From: Sphaerodactylus townsendi | Taxonomy: Eukaryota | DNA: 64,000 nucleotides | Reading direction: 5' to 3' | Assembly (NCBI RefSeq): GCF_021028975.2 | Contig: NC_059428.1 | Location: 47,678,001-47,742,000, forward strand | In this document: piece after piece, positions 9,698 through 23,052 of the stretch | How the letters are laid out: each line of letters opens with the position of its first letter | Position numbering within the stretch: position 1 is the stretch's first letter | Notes under the pieces: model-generated | Told to the model about the DNA's origin: nothing | The model's database searches: none | Seen by the model: the letters and a program-made list of their open reading frames with translations, nothing else | Position numbers and translations under genes: made by a program

Positions 9698-11725
9698 TTT
9701 ATTTATTTATTTATTTATTTTTATTTATTTATTGTTTACATTTTTATACCGCCCCATCCCCTAGGGGCTCTGGGCGGTGTACAACAACTTAAAATACAAT
9801 AAATAAGTTATTAAAAACATTAAAACAGCGGTAACACTATACTAACAATATAATAATAAATAGGGAAGGCGATCCGGAAGCTAACCCCCATTTTCCATTA
9901 AAATTCCTCCCAGGGGAAATTGGGGAGAGGAAGGGAGGCGCAGCCACAGTAGATGGGAGCCCAGATGGTAGACTGGCTGGGGCAACCCGCTTTCATGCTG
10001 CTGGTCCCTCCAAAGGCCCGGCGGAACAACTCCGTTTTACACAGGCCCTGGGCAGGAACTCTCACCAAGGTCCCTTGCGAGGGCCCCGAACTGCCGGAGG
10101 AGGAGGGTGTTCCACACTCAGGCCGGGGCCAGGGCTGTAAAGCGCCCTGGCCCGCAGTGGAGGCCAGCCGCGCATCATTGAGGGAGCCAGGGACCACTAA
10201 CAGATTAGCCTCCGCTTGAGCCGGAGAGGCCGCAGGGAGGACATACGGGGTGATGCGCGGTCTCGAAGATATCGAAATTTGGCCCCAGGCCGCTGTAGAA
10301 GGCCTTAAAGGTCAACACTCCAGCACCTTGAAAATGATCCGGGAACTCCCACCGGAGCCAGTGCGTAGCTGGCGGCAATACAGGTGCTGAATGTGATCAT
10401 AGATGGAGCTGCCTGTAAGCAACCGCGCCGCTGCGTGCTGGACCAGCTTCAATCTCCGGATCAGACGCAAGGAAAGGCGCGCGTAGAGCGAGTTACAATA
10501 GTCTAACCTTGGAGGTGACCGCTGCGCTGGATCAGCAGTGGCCAAGTCCGGCTGGGAGAGGAAAAGGAAGCCAGCCTCCGGGCCTGGACGAAAGGTGGGA
10601 AAAGGCAGTCCGGGTTGTATGGGCCACCTGGGTCTCCATTGAAAGAGACAAATCCAGGTGGGACTCCCCAGGCTGCGACGGAGGGGGGGGGGTCGGGCGC
10701 CAATGTGACCCCCTCCCACACCGGGTGGCTGGAAAATCCTGTCACTCCCCCCGCGGCCAAGCCAGAAGGATCTCCGCTCTTCGATGGATTCAGTTTTAAC
10801 TCTGCTCTGCCGCGAACCAAACCAGCAACCGCCTTCCCAAACAGTGTTCACGGAGAGCCGCAGGGGCGGCGGCTGCTCCCCTCCATCAACAGAATGAGCT
10901 GCTAATGTCATCAGCATACTGGTGACAAGTCAGCCCAAAACTCGCGTCACTCAGTCGAAAGGCAAGGGGTCGATATAGATATTAAATAGCAGCGGGGATA
11001 GTAGGGCCCCTGGGGTACACACACCGCCGAGTCAATTGCGGGCACTTCCGGGAGGCCTGATCCCCGGCAAGACTCAATTCTTCTGCTGACTTCGACCCCG
11101 GAGGAACGCAGGCAATCCATTGAAGGACAGTGCCTCGCACCTCGGAAGAGTACGCCAGGGCGGTGGAGTCAAAAGGTCATGGTAATTACGTAATTGCACA
11201 TCAAACGCCAAGGCGGTAAGATCTAACAACACCAGCAGCGCCGATCCGCCTCGGTCGAAGCTGAATACGGAAGCATATCTGTGGACGGGCGACGAACAGT
11301 CTCCGTCCCATGCCCAGCGCACGGGAAGCCGGACTGGAAGGGGTCAGGCACGGATGTCATCCAGGAAACCTTGAAGCTGCTCCAACACCACTTCTCTCAA
11401 TTACGCTTCCCCAGAAACGAAAAGATTCGAGACGGGGCGGTAATTGGCCAGATCCCTCGGATCTAACGGTGGTCTTTTTAAGAGTGGGCGGACCACTGCC
11501 TCCTTCAACCCATCCGGAAAGACTCCTTGCTCGAGGGAGCCATTGATGATACTCAACAGATGGGGTCGTAGCTCCGCCCTGCAAGTTTTTACAAGCCAGG
11601 ATGGGCACGGATCCAGAGGACAGGTAGTAGGTCTAACAGCAGCTAAGGTCCTGTCGACAGCGGCTTCAGAGAGCAAGGAAAACTGGGCCAAACAAGGGCC
11701 TGAAGACGGCAAGGGAGCCTCCAGT
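9698..11725 (-). mobile_element. L2-clade LINE, 5'-truncated, frameshifted
   Basis: RT motifs TTCPLDPCPSWLVK, LKEAVVRPLLK..LDP.DLANYRPVSN, LLVLLDL, RLDYCNSLY...LVQHAAARLLTG; (TAAA)n tail at 9698-9732. Confidence 0.88.
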
Positions 11726-12207
11726 TAAAGTTAAAGTATCATGTTTATCCCATGTTGTAAAATGGGAAACTTGGTAGTTTTTGTGAGGGTTGCAGATGTA
11801 GAATTGTTTGAACTGTAGCAAAGAAGACACGATCTTAATGAGACATTTCTGTATTTTAACATGGGATATAAAATCAGTGGTTTCCCTTGCAGTCTATGCT
11901 GAAACTGCTATCTTTTGAAATCCAGTAATACATATATCAATAAGTTTTACATAAAAATTAGTATTGTAGGGATAACCATTTTGATGACTTTGACTTGGGA
12001 TTTAATTTGAAAAAAAGTATGAGTATAACAAAGCATGATTCTAATTATTCTTTTATTTCTTCACTTGTAGTTCAATAGGCACCAGCAATTTGCCTTATCT
12101 CTCTTATCTCTGCAACCTTAAAATTGCCCTTGACAATTTCTTTTTGTTGGCTGGGGTAAAATAGCGTGCATGCAACCAGGCTCTGTATTGGATGACACTT
12201 GTTTGTT

Positions 12208-12517
12208 GAAGTAGAAGAAGAAGAAGAAGAGTTTGGATTTATATCCCCCTTTCTCTCCTGCAGGAGACTCAAAGGGGCTTACAATCTCCTTGCCCTTCCC
12301 CCCTCACAACAAACACCCTGTGAGGTAGGTGGGGCTGAGAGAGCTCCGAGAAGCTGTGACTAGCCCAAGGTCACCCAGCTGGCGTGTGTGGGAGTGTACA
12401 GGCTAATCTGAATTCCCCAGATAAGCCTCCACAGCTCAGGCGACAGAGCTGGGAATCAAACCCGGTTCCTCCAGATTAGATGCACGAGCTCTTAACCTCC
12501 TACGCCACTGCTGCTCC
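12208..12517 (-). mobile_element. tRNA-derived CORE-type SINE (Squam3-like), full length, young
   Basis: Minus-strand head GGAGCAGCAGTGGCGTAGGAGGTTAAG (A box) and GGTTTGATTCC (B box); GACCTTGGGCTAGTCAC core; (TTC)n tail. Confidence 0.85.
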
Positions 12518-13911
12518 TAGTGATAGTGAATTGCCTATTTATTTACTGGGAAGCTTCATGATGTAGCCAAAGGCACTACTGTGAGAAAATCTGATCGAGC
12601 AGTTTTCCAGATGCAAAAGAAACTTGATCAACCTTCCTCACTATCTTCTTGCTAATATTTTCATCTGGTATCTTAGTATGGTCTATATTGTTATTAGCAG
12701 CTCAGTCCTGAGAGGGAAGTAGATGTGTAGTGGCCAGGCATAGTGCAGCTTTGCCACCTCCACAGTGGTTTCCAGTGCTGTACCCAAAAAGAAAACAGGG
12801 AACCTCTTCTGAAAACAGCCCCTATGAGGCCCAGTGGGCTGCACAACCCTTATTACTGGCACAAGTCCACACCAGCAAAAGGAGACATTAATGGGCTGAA
12901 AGAGTTCAGGAAGCTAATTAAAGACAGTTCTACCCATGAGAATGCCCCTATTGGCACTGGTTCAGGCTCCTATGCTGGAAGAGTGCTGGCACTGCAGCAG
13001 CCTTGGCATCTTGGCATTACATAGCCATGCAGTTCCTAGGACCAGCGAAAATGTCCCTGTACTAGCACAGATGCCACTTTTGCTGGCATTAGGTGGCATT
13101 TACACAATGCCAGGGTCATGCCTGTGCTCTTTTGTTGTACGGTAAAATTATATTTTAAGTGATTTCAGATTTATACTACTTTGTATTAGAGGTCACAGTT
13201 AAGTTGCGATTCATAAATATTTTTATTTTGAAAAGATCATGTAAAACTTCACACCTAAACATTATTATATCCAACCCAGGCTCTTTATTTCTCCACTTGT
13301 AGTTCGATAGTCTAAAATATAATTAGTTTCAGTGGGTAACCATGTTGGTCTGCAATGGAACAACTAGAATCAAGGTCAAAAGAACTTCAGATACAAAGAT
13401 GATTTGGGGAGTTTAAGCTTGTGAGAGTCAAACTTCTCTCCAACCAGAGCTACTAAGAATACTGCTCAGTTCTATGGAGTAGGGCTTACTCCTAAGAAAA
13501 TGCTTTTAGGATTGCATTGTAAATTGTATAATGTTGGGAACTCATGGAATTTGGAGAAGTGTCTGGTGTAAAGGTCAGGGTTTACATGCCGCTGAAAAAA
13601 CTGTTGATTTTCCTGTTGTGTCTTCCTTCATCCTTCATAAATCTACTTCTGGGGTTTGGGAGAATTACCAGAATAGTGCAAAGTTTGTCAGGAGGCTGAA
13701 ATAGAAATTCTCTGCCCTGCTCTGTGTGCAGAAGTGCCTTTATTAGTTAGTGGGATTAGTACCCAGTGATGATGATGAATAATGGAATCATTAATGGTAC
13801 GATTTTAATGTACCATTTTGGAATAATGGAACAATTTTAATGTACCATTTTGGAATATAAGTTGCTGGAGTACAACCTCTCATAACTTTGTTATGTTTTG
13901 CTGCTTTTCAG

Positions 13912-14161
13912 AATCCCCTGAGGATGTAGCTCCAACAGTTGGTTTTTCTAAAATTGATCTTAAACAAGGACGTTTTGAAGTCACCATCTTTGATTTGGGA
14001 GGCGGAAAGCGAATCCGAGGTATCTGGAAGAATTACTATGCTGAATCCTATGGAGTAATATTTGTTGTGGATTCCAGTGATCTGGACAGAATGGAAGAGA
14101 CAAAAGAGACCATGTCTGAAGTTCTAAAGCATCCTAAGATATCAGGGAAACCTGTATTGGT
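13912..14161 (+). CDS. ARL13B: ARL13B coding exon 3 (switch I/II: VAPTVGFS...[19 protein letters not shown]...GKPVLV)
   Basis: 250 nt as in human; atypical G3 DLGGG lacking the catalytic Gln, diagnostic of ARL13; donor GT|GTAAGT. Confidence 0.98.
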
Positions 14162-16589
14162 GTAAGTGACATGTTACATTTACTACTAATTTATACATTA
14201 GAGAAAGACAGGGTATAAATCCAAACTCTTCTTCTTTTGCTGATAGAATTAGTTACATTTTTGTTTTATTATGAGTCATCTCAAGCAGGTCTGGAATGGT
14301 GGTGTACAAGTACTCTAAATAATTAAATGTATGTTCATGTATACCATTCAGCACTCTTTTTGTCTCCAGTACTATGTATCTTGTGATAATAGCATGCATA
14401 CCTTCATATCCATAATCATACTTTGACCGATTTTCTAGATGTAACAGTAGTCGTGGCTGAATGTGCATTATATTGTAGATGCTGTCCGTGATCCATCAAT
14501 CATCCTTTTACGCATACAGTAATTTTGAATCGGTGATTATAGGAAGTAATGTTCTCCATTTCATCCTGTGTTTATACATCTCTTATAACTCTTTTTTTGC
14601 AAATGACTTAGTTAAGAAAACAAATAAGACAGTGTTCACTCTGTAGTTTAGGGATTCTAACATGTATGGTAATAGATCCTTTGCCAGGTGAGTTTATTAT
14701 ATGGTGAGTTCTTGCGTGGTATGAACCACAGAAAGAGACATTGACACAGCTATGCCACGTTGAAGGCCTTAAGGCATTCTGAAACGGATGAATGCCACAT
14801 AAGGAATCTGCCTTATACAAACATAAGAAACCCTGTAGTTAAAATTCTTGACAGGTGAGTAAGGAGGGCATAGTGATAAGGAATGTTTACACTGAAGACT
14901 CAGTTTCTGAAGGTCTAATATTTACTGTATCTTTTACATTTGGGACTCGCCTTTAATCCAGAATGGCCACATGAGCCTCACTTACGTTCGTTTAACTGCA
15001 TGTGTCTGCCTGCCTCTGCCCTTTCTAGCAGGACTAAATAGAAAAGAATGAATTCTGTTAAGTGCAAGTTTGTTCTGCAGAAATAAGTAAATGTAAAAAT
15101 GTGTGTTTTCCTTTTCTTCTGATCATCTTTCTTGTCTGTCTGTCCTTTAAAAAAAAAGAAATGTCAGTTCTTTCTGTCTTCTGCTAAATAGTGGTGCTAT
15201 CACTGGTATGACACTGCTCCTTTGCATGCAGTTACATTTTGGTTCCCACCCATCTATTGAAGACCAGTGATCTGGAGTATTCATTTTCTCTTTTTAATGG
15301 ACAGTGAATACATGTTATGTTAAGAGCTGTTCAGAAACTTGTTATTTCCATGCTGCCTAATGATAAATCAGCATGCAGTGTGCTTTTTAATTGTGTTTAA
15401 ATGAAGGCATTCTAGGAATTCTTACACAGCTACTTTTCAAAGTATTATGCAATACCTACTAAAAGATTTGAGATGGGCCAAGATATTTATTTCATGCTAT
15501 TTTCCTCATTTGTGACTCACTTAATGGGGACCTAGAGTGACAGTGATGTGGCTTTTCCAGAAAAATTTGAATTGCAAAATTTTGCTTGTCAAATTTAAAT
15601 AATCTCAATATTTAAATGATGTTAGCAAAGTGTAAATGTTCACAAAAGGAGATCAACACACCATGTACTATCCTGGATCATGTACAAGCATAAAGCTGTA
15701 TCCATGTTTCATATCCCATGTTTAGCTCATGTGACATGATTGACATGCAGTGTAACAGTCCTGACAACTATGCTTGAACAGACTAAAATTACATACATAG
15801 GACAGAAAATTTTCCCCTGAAAAATGTGACGTTGGAAAACTTTCTGTACCACATCATTAAGGACTCATAACATTTCCCCCTTATTCTCCCAACAATCCTG
15901 TGAGATATTCTAACCTTGTTTATGACAGGATATTAGTTTTGATCTGCTTGGTTTTAGAGGTCTGGTAAATAAGTGCTATAGTACTGTTATCAGATAGCTA
16001 CAGGTGGGACATTTGATGCTATTCCAAGATCTATTTATGAATATTCAAGGCTGTACTGCATATTCTTGCCAAATGCCCATTGTTTATTTTTGAATAGGAA
16101 ATTCTTTTCTGTCCTATTTGTTAAAATAAACTTTGCCAGAACATTTTCTTTGTTCAGTAGTAGTGTTTTTCTCAGAAGTTTTGTTTTAGTCTGCATCCCT
16201 GTAATGCACTGATGAATAGCTGGGCTGATAACAGATCCCAGAAGAAAGAAATCAATAAACTTGCTTAAAAATTGAGACTGTGAAATGTGTGTTAGTGTAC
16301 CTCTGAGTCTTACCAGTCTGAAACTGATTTTACTGACTTCTCCTCAGGCTGCCCATACACTTTCAAACATAGCTTTCAATGAGGACTAGAAACCTTTTTA
16401 ATGAAAAATTTTCAGAAGCAAATTCTATACCCAGTGTCTTCCTCTATAAAACGTGGAATGGTTTGAGTGAAGATATTTAAACCTATTTCTAGTTGACAAA
16501 TGAACAATGAGCAGAAGGAGGAAAAAGATTCTAAGGAAATTTAAGTAATGCCCCTTAAGTACCACTGCAGTGCAGTATTTGCCAGTGTA

Positions 16590-17314
16590 GTAGCTTCCAA
16601 ACAGTTTGGTTCAGGGGGTCCAAAGTTATGGACCCTCAAAAGGGTAGCCCCCATCTCCTTAGCAAAGAATGGGGGATGGGGAACCCCTTTGACCCTAAAT
16701 CAAACTGCACCAAACTTGGGGGGTCCCATCAGTACAGTTTCCAGATGATACCCTGAAATTTTGGTGCTGATACATCCAAAAATGTGCCCCCTGCAGGAAC
16801 ATACCAGAAATTTGCCCAAGAATCTTTGTTCTTCATTGAGTTTTCTGTATTGCTGTCAATGGGGGTTGCAGGCTGGGGGGGGGGGGACATTTCTGAAGGC
16901 ACAGTCTCAAAACTTTCAGGGTCTCATCAGGAGACTGCCCTGATGATACCCCCCCCCCAGGTTTGGTGCAGTTTGGTTCTGGGGGGCCAAAATTATGGAC
17001 CCCCAAAACTGTAGCCCCCATCTCCTATTAGCTCCCATTGGAAACAATGGGGGATGGGGCACCTCCTTTTGGAGTCCATAACTTTGGCGCCTCTGAACCA
17101 AACTGCACCAAACGTGAGTGGTAGCATAAGGACAGTCTCCAGATGATACACTGAAATTTTGGTGCTGATATGTCTAAAAATGCACCCCTTGCAGGCACCA
17201 GTGTCCTGGTGCAAAAAGAAAATTTGGTCGTGGTGGAGTGGCCGCCCATGGGGGCGGGGGAGCATCCAACTCAGGTTTTGCCCAGGGCTACAGTTTGCCT
17301 CGTTAACGCCCCTG
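16590..17314 (-). mobile_element. Non-autonomous hAT-like element, truncated; shares internal repeats with 23824-25166
   Basis: Terminus reads CAGGGGCGTTAACGAGG on the minus strand. Internal GTTATGGACCCTCAAAA...CCCCATCTCCTATTAGCTCCCATTGGAAACAATGGGGG is repeated here and at 24840-24905. Confidence 0.65.
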
Positions 17315-18248
17315 TGCTGTACCTTCTTTTTTCTCATAGCTATCTTGGCAAAGGAACTGTTTGTTTGCTCTGACAGTATGCCCTCACATGGGTTGATGTT
17401 CTTTGTAGCTGCTGTTGGAACCAGATACAAACTTTGAAAAAAAAATTAAATGATAGCCCAAACTGCTGAAGGCTGGTCTTCTGGTAATGCATAGGCAGCT
17501 TCTGGCATCTCTCTTCCAGACACAGAACAACGGCTTCATTCACATGTTAAGGCCTTATTGAACTCAAGTAGACCAGTTAAGCTCCTTGATTCAGTTACGC
17601 TTGGAATAGAGGTAGGAGATAGAAGATTGAGAAAAGAACAATGAAGGATGCACAGGGATGGGGAGATGAGACACTGAGACAGTTGTGTATACGATCTAAT
17701 CGATGGTGTGTTTGGGGGAGGGAAACTCTGTGTATATTGGAGCTGTCAGGCATTTATTGCAGGTCTATTGGGGTGGGGGGGTCCATTGAACTTAGTTTTA
17801 ATTTTGAAGATAAACATCCTCGGAACAGGAGGATCCAGCTTTTGAGGGATTGTTGTTATTTCAGCAATGTGACTATGCTCTACTGTGTTTCTCTCTGTGT
17901 GACAAAATGTAAGTCCAGTAGCACCTTAAAGACCAATAAAATTTTCCAGAAGCTATTTTGAGTAAAAATTTTAACTTACAAAAGATTATACCCTGGAAAA
18001 TTTTGTCTTTGTGGGACACACATTTTGTTCTAATACAGACTAACCTAGCTACTTACCTAAAACTATTTCCTTGTGTGAACTTTTCAAAGAAATCCTAGAA
18101 TGAGCCTGTTTAGTATTTAATCTCAACAACTGATCTCTCATGTGCATTATTTGTTTGGTGTAAGAATTGGACATCTTTCGCTTTTAATGGTCCTTGTAAG
18201 GTACTTTGCCCAGTTGCTTGTGAGCAGTACTGGTCCCTTTCACAGCAT

Positions 18249-18693
18249 CAGAGGCATATCAGGGGAAAATAGTGCCCAGGGACAACATCTGCTCCAGGCA
18301 CCCTGCATCCTCGGGGCAGCTCCGGGCACCCCGCGTCCTTCGGGGCAATTCATACGGGCACTGCAGTAGCAGGTCAGCTCCTGGGCCACTGCGGTGCTTG
18401 TCTGAGCTGCATCCCTGCAGGCCGCCTCCTGCCCTCTTCAGGGCCTGGGGAAGACAGAAGCCAGCCTTCAAGGGGGCAGAGCACCGCAGTGGGTGGCCCA
18501 GGAGGCAGCCTGCTGCCACAATGCCCTTCCGAGTTACCCGATCCCCACCCCCGAGGACCTGGGAAGGGAAGGAGGTGGCTTGGACGGGCACCTCCCCTGA
18601 GTCGGCGCAAGGGAGGGGGTAGGGGCAATTTTGTCCCGTTGTTGCACCTGGGGTCATTTGACCCCACCTGTCCCCGTGGGCGGTACAACCCTG
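18249..18693. mobile_element. hAT (Tip100-like) MITE, 445 bp
   Basis: Ends CAGAGGCATATC...GGTACAACCCTG; perfect 8-bp TSD CACAGCAT at 18241-18248 and 18694-18701. Confidence 0.85.
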
Positions 18694-19771
18694 CACAGCA
18701 TTGCCAACTAATGCATTCTTGTGCTGTCGGCTCACAAATGGTTCAGTGCTCAGAATGACCTTGTCTTGGTTCTTGCTTCTGTATATTCCCTACAGATTTG
18801 TTTTGCAGCTCAGCAGCTTCTGTTGAAAGTGTGAGCTAAGAAGAGTGAATACAAATGAGACAACAGAATCTGAGTGTCTGTGAGCTGGATAATGGTTTCC
18901 CAATCTGAAAACATTAAATCATGGTTTTGTATTATGTCTGAACTAAGCCAATTGTGGCTGGCCCTGTGAACCCCAAGCAACTGGGGCGGGGGAGTCTTGC
19001 AGCCTGCTTGAGAGTACATGTAGCCAGGCTGGGAGTGGTCTGGCTGGCTGAGGGCTTTAAAAATCAATGTGGGGAAGACACAGAAGAGGAGGGAAGGGAG
19101 CAAGCAGCAGTGTGAGAGGGAGCGATGGCACAGGGAGTGCAGGGTATGGGAGAAGACTTGGCTAGGGAAAGAAGGAGGTAGGAACAGCTGTCCCAATAGA
19201 TGCTTCAGGGAACCTTTTTGCCATTTCTGTTGCCTCAGAGATCTACATTTTTGATGTTCTTTTATATTAAAGGGGCCATTTGGAGGGGGAAAGTAACCTG
19301 AAATTTTAACTGGACATGCTTGTTTTGAAGAACCTAACTTGCTTGGCAAACTACTAATTATATGTTTCTGTTGCAAAATGGCCAGTATAGGTTTTAATAA
19401 TCACCTAGGTGAGAGTAGGCAGCTAAGAAAGGTCAGTTCATGCTTTGCTTTTTAAAAAGAAAAACTGCCACATTCTTACTACAGCCGATTATGAATATCC
19501 GTGGTCTTAATTTCCCTGCAGAAACATTTTTCCCCTTCAGTTGCTGCTTCACTGTTCAGTTGTGGGGAAATTGCCATTTAAGTGTAATTTTACCGCTCTT
19601 TAATTCAAAGCACTGTCTGAATGTAGGCTGCATTCTTTAAAATTCATTGTCAGTGCCTTTTTCAGTAAAATATGTAAAGAGCTGCACACAGTAAATCTTT
19701 CATAAAACCAGCATATGCAAAAGAGAAAGCAGTTCTACTCCTATCCTTAATAGTCACTCCACTTTTTTTTT

Positions 19772-20030
19772 TTGCTGTCAAATCACAGCAGGCTTAGGGC
19801 AACCCCAGGCATAGGATTTTTCAAGGCAAGAGACCTTTGGAAGTGGTCCGCCATTGCCTGTCTCTGCATCATGACCCTGGTATTCCTTGTAGGTCTCCCA
19901 TCCAAATACTTGCCAGGGTCAGGGCTGACAAATGTATGACTAGCTCAAGGTCACCTAATAAGTTTCCATGGCAGAGTGGGGATTTGAACCAGGGGTACCA
20001 AGATCCTGATCCAACACCTTAACCATTATA
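19772..20030 (-). mobile_element. Composite SINE: tRNA/CORE-like head, 5S rRNA-derived segment, Sauria/BovB-like tail
   Basis: 19875-19918 (ACCCTGGTATTCCTTGTAGGTCTCCCATCCAAATACTTGCCAGGG) matches the reverse complement of the 5S rRNA 3' half; B-box-like GGGATTTGAACC at ~19978-19990. Confidence 0.65.
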
Positions 20031-22170
20031 CAAGAGTTCAACCAAACCTTCTCTTCCAATTTTAGGCGTGCTTCAGTTTGGACATTTCTGCTGCATTTAA
20101 AAGTTTGCCTCCTTTGTTATTACAACAAAACATTTCTTCAAAGTTCTCTGATATGTAAATTGCAAAAATTGTTTAATCTTTCCTACACATGCATTCACAC
20201 TTGTCTCATGCTAGTGATAGATTTGCACTTTGCATAACAAACAGAGTTTATGGAAATAATTTCTTTAGCCTTGCCTCCTTCTGAGTGCAAATAAATAGCT
20301 TTTTAAAGAAATTAAATTTGCATTTGTGCAATGCGGTAATATGATGACTATGAAGTGCTAAAGTTTCTGACAGCATAAAAATTGTCTCACAGCCGAAACA
20401 ACTGTTTGCCTCCAAAAAATTATGATTATACTTTGACTTTTTTGGGTTGCAAGTTAAATCCACATCAATGCAAACTGCCTTTCATAGAGGGTAACAAAAT
20501 GACAAGGTGGAATCTTTGCATTTTCCTTTGTGCTTTTAATATCTAGTGAGAGTTCTGTGTTCTGCCTTATTTAGGGGCAAAATATTTACAAGCTGTCAGT
20601 AACAATATTGCAATGCCTTTTGTTTAAAGATATCATTTATCCTATTTCCTGTTTCATACATAACTTTTAAACATGCATGCACACAGAAATATTGAAGCTG
20701 GGATCTACAGAACCTTCCAGTTTGTTCTATATGTGAAGGGAATGCAAACTTTAGAATGTGTTTCCTCAACACTTCTTCCTGTATGCTTTATAACAATATT
20801 CATTAAGTTAAAGGTAGGAGTCCTCAAAATAGAACCCACTGACACCTTTCCTGGTATCCACCAGGCATTTATAGAAAAGGGTTTTTGCTCTTCAGGGGTT
20901 CTGATTGGGCACTGGAGATCTGATTGGAAGTGCTGATTACAAGGGTATTGCCTAACACGTTGAAGAATTTCTATCAGAGCTATGCATAACCTCACTCCCT
21001 GATGTTCTGTGGTTGGCTCTGGCTCCTTCACAGCCATTTAGTATGTCTGTCCACCATCTTGTGCCAGAATTCCAAAGGTTTATACAGGCTCAGAATGACT
21101 GGGGACTCTGTATTAAAAATGCACTCGAAAGCATTTCTACTCCCTTGAGCTCGAGGACATCTGGGTAATCATCCATCTACCAATCACTGGGCAGGCTGAA
21201 GTTTAGAGGCATACCTAACATATGTTTGTTATTCTACAATATGTAAAGTAGTCCTAATTTATCTGTTACTGAACCTTGCTTCTAAGCTCTCTTCTCTAAG
21301 AAATAATTTACTCCTTGAGCTAATTCTTTTCGTTTAACACAAACAGCTGTGTTGCTGAAGTTCTCTCTTTTGAACTGAGGCACATGCAGATTTACATAAA
21401 ATATATGACATACCGGTATTCCCTCTGGCTTATTTCTGTAATAACACTGACGTTGGTGAGCAAACTACCAATGTCTTTGTGTCTTAATGCATCAACTGAG
21501 ACCTCTGTTGCAGCTTATTATCATATTGCATCAACTGAGACCTCTGTTATAGCTTATCTACTTCGAACTTGCCTTTTTTTTACTTGTACAGATGGCATGG
21601 AAGAAAAGGTTCAACACACAGAACAGCTTCGCATCTTCATTGTATGTTATGTTATAACATTCTCTCTTGCACCTTATAATATATTTCCATGTTGCTTCTG
21701 TTGTCAAACAAATTGTCATTTCTGAAATGGTCAGCCCAACACCATAGTCATAAATTGTTCCCAACAGAGCCTTTCCAGACAGTGTGTTTTTTACACCAGG
21801 GAATATGTAGTGGTTACTAGTACAGACAAGCTCTTCATGATAGCATTGTAGTGGTTCTGCAGTTTCCCTTCTGTTTAAGCAGCTGAATAAAACTTCCCTA
21901 TAAGTGACTTGGTTCTGATGGTAAGTGCTGCATGGAACATTATCGTAGGCACTTATTAAATAGTTTTGTAACATCATTAGTGACCTATCACTTGTAACAT
22001 CACTCTTCTTAATCCTGGCACTATCTTGTTCAGGTTTGAGAAATACTTAAAACATAGGGCATTCCTGTGCTCTATAGGGCAGCATGGCTGTTCTCCCCCT
22101 TGCATTTTTACATGCAGGCTGAAAATTGAGCTGGTAGTGCTAGAGTGAGATGAATTGCCTGAAAAGGGCT

Positions 22171-23052
22171 TTATGTACAGCAGGGGAAGCACCAACAGCA
22201 TATAGCTCTACAAGGATTTTTCTTTCGATACTTGGCTGCTAGTCTGAACTTCTCTCTTGATGTCTGAACATATTCTTGAGTATTAAGTACTTCCATTTCA
22301 ATGCTGTTGACAATATCTCCCTGTTCTTCTACCAAAAGTGAGATTTGGATAAAGAGGTCCTTTAAGTCTTTCACCTGGTTCTCAAGATTGATCAGTTCTT
22401 TGTGTCTTTGTTCAATCTCGGATAACTGAGTTTTAGTAATCTTAACCTCAGTGAGCAGATTTTCATTAAAAATTTCCCATTTTCCTTGCCAAACCATATC
22501 ATTAGCTTCCTCCTCGGAGACCTCTTTTCCAGCCACCTCAAGCTGACGTATGATAAAGGTCTTGCATTTTTCTTGCTTGGCTGTTATAGCATCATTGTAC
22601 AGAAACATAATATTTTGGAAACGGCGGAATAAAACATCTCTTTGAGAACTAAGAACCCTTACAACAGCAGATGATGAACCATGTACTTTTTCTGCTTTTT
22701 TCACTGTTTTTGACAAGTCGTCCAAGCACTTGCTAATGTGCTCTGCTTGAATTTTTATCTCTTTTGTAATGCTGCATTCCTTTTTAAGAACGCTGAATCT
22801 TCTCATGGAAGCTACCAGGCTCTTTTGGTGCTGACTAAACTTTTGAACGTCATCGGCCAAAGTGTTGATATCATTGTGAAGCTTCTGGATTTCATTTAGG
22901 TATCTTTCTGTTACAGGCTCCCTTTCGAAGATAACAGCCGCTTGTTCAAACTCTGCTTTTTCCTCTGACACAACTCTAGCACCTTGTTTATTTTCTTCCA
23001 ATAACTGTAGTTCCTTTGCTCGCAGCTTAAGCTCTTGAAGGCGGTCTTTCAT
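22171..23052 (-). CDS. STX19: Syntaxin-19 (Qa-SNARE, 293 aa, single coding exon), nested antisense in an ARL13B intron
   Basis: MKDRLQELK N-peptide, Habc helices, SNARE motif (EIEQRHKELINLENQVKDLKDLF...VEEQGDIVNSIE), and a Cys-rich C-terminus KKNPCRAICCWCFPCCT instead of a TM helix. Acceptor CCCCTAG| at 23108, so the exon begins at 23107. Nesting in ARL13B matches other vertebrates. Confidence 0.97.
   Translation of the reverse strand: MKDRLQELKLRAKELQLLEENKQGARVVSEEKAEFEQAAVIFEREPVTERYLNEIQKLHNDINTLADDVQKFSQHQKSLVASMRRFSVLKKECSITKEIKIQAEHISKCLDDLSKTVKKAEKVHGSSSAVVRVLSSQRDVLFRRFQNIMFLYNDAITAKQEKCKTFIIRQLEVAGKEVSEEEANDMVWQGKWEIFNENLLTEVKITKTQLSEIEQRHKELINLENQVKDLKDLFIQISLLVEEQGDIVNSIEMEVLNTQEYVQTSREKFRLAAKYRKKNPCRAICCWCFPCCT

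Noticed and set aside
12440-12517. tRNA gene
   Set aside because: The A/B boxes belong to a SINE head that continues into a CORE body and (TTC)n tail.
19875-19918. 5S rRNA gene
   Set aside because: Only a ~45-nt diverged part embedded in a SINE.
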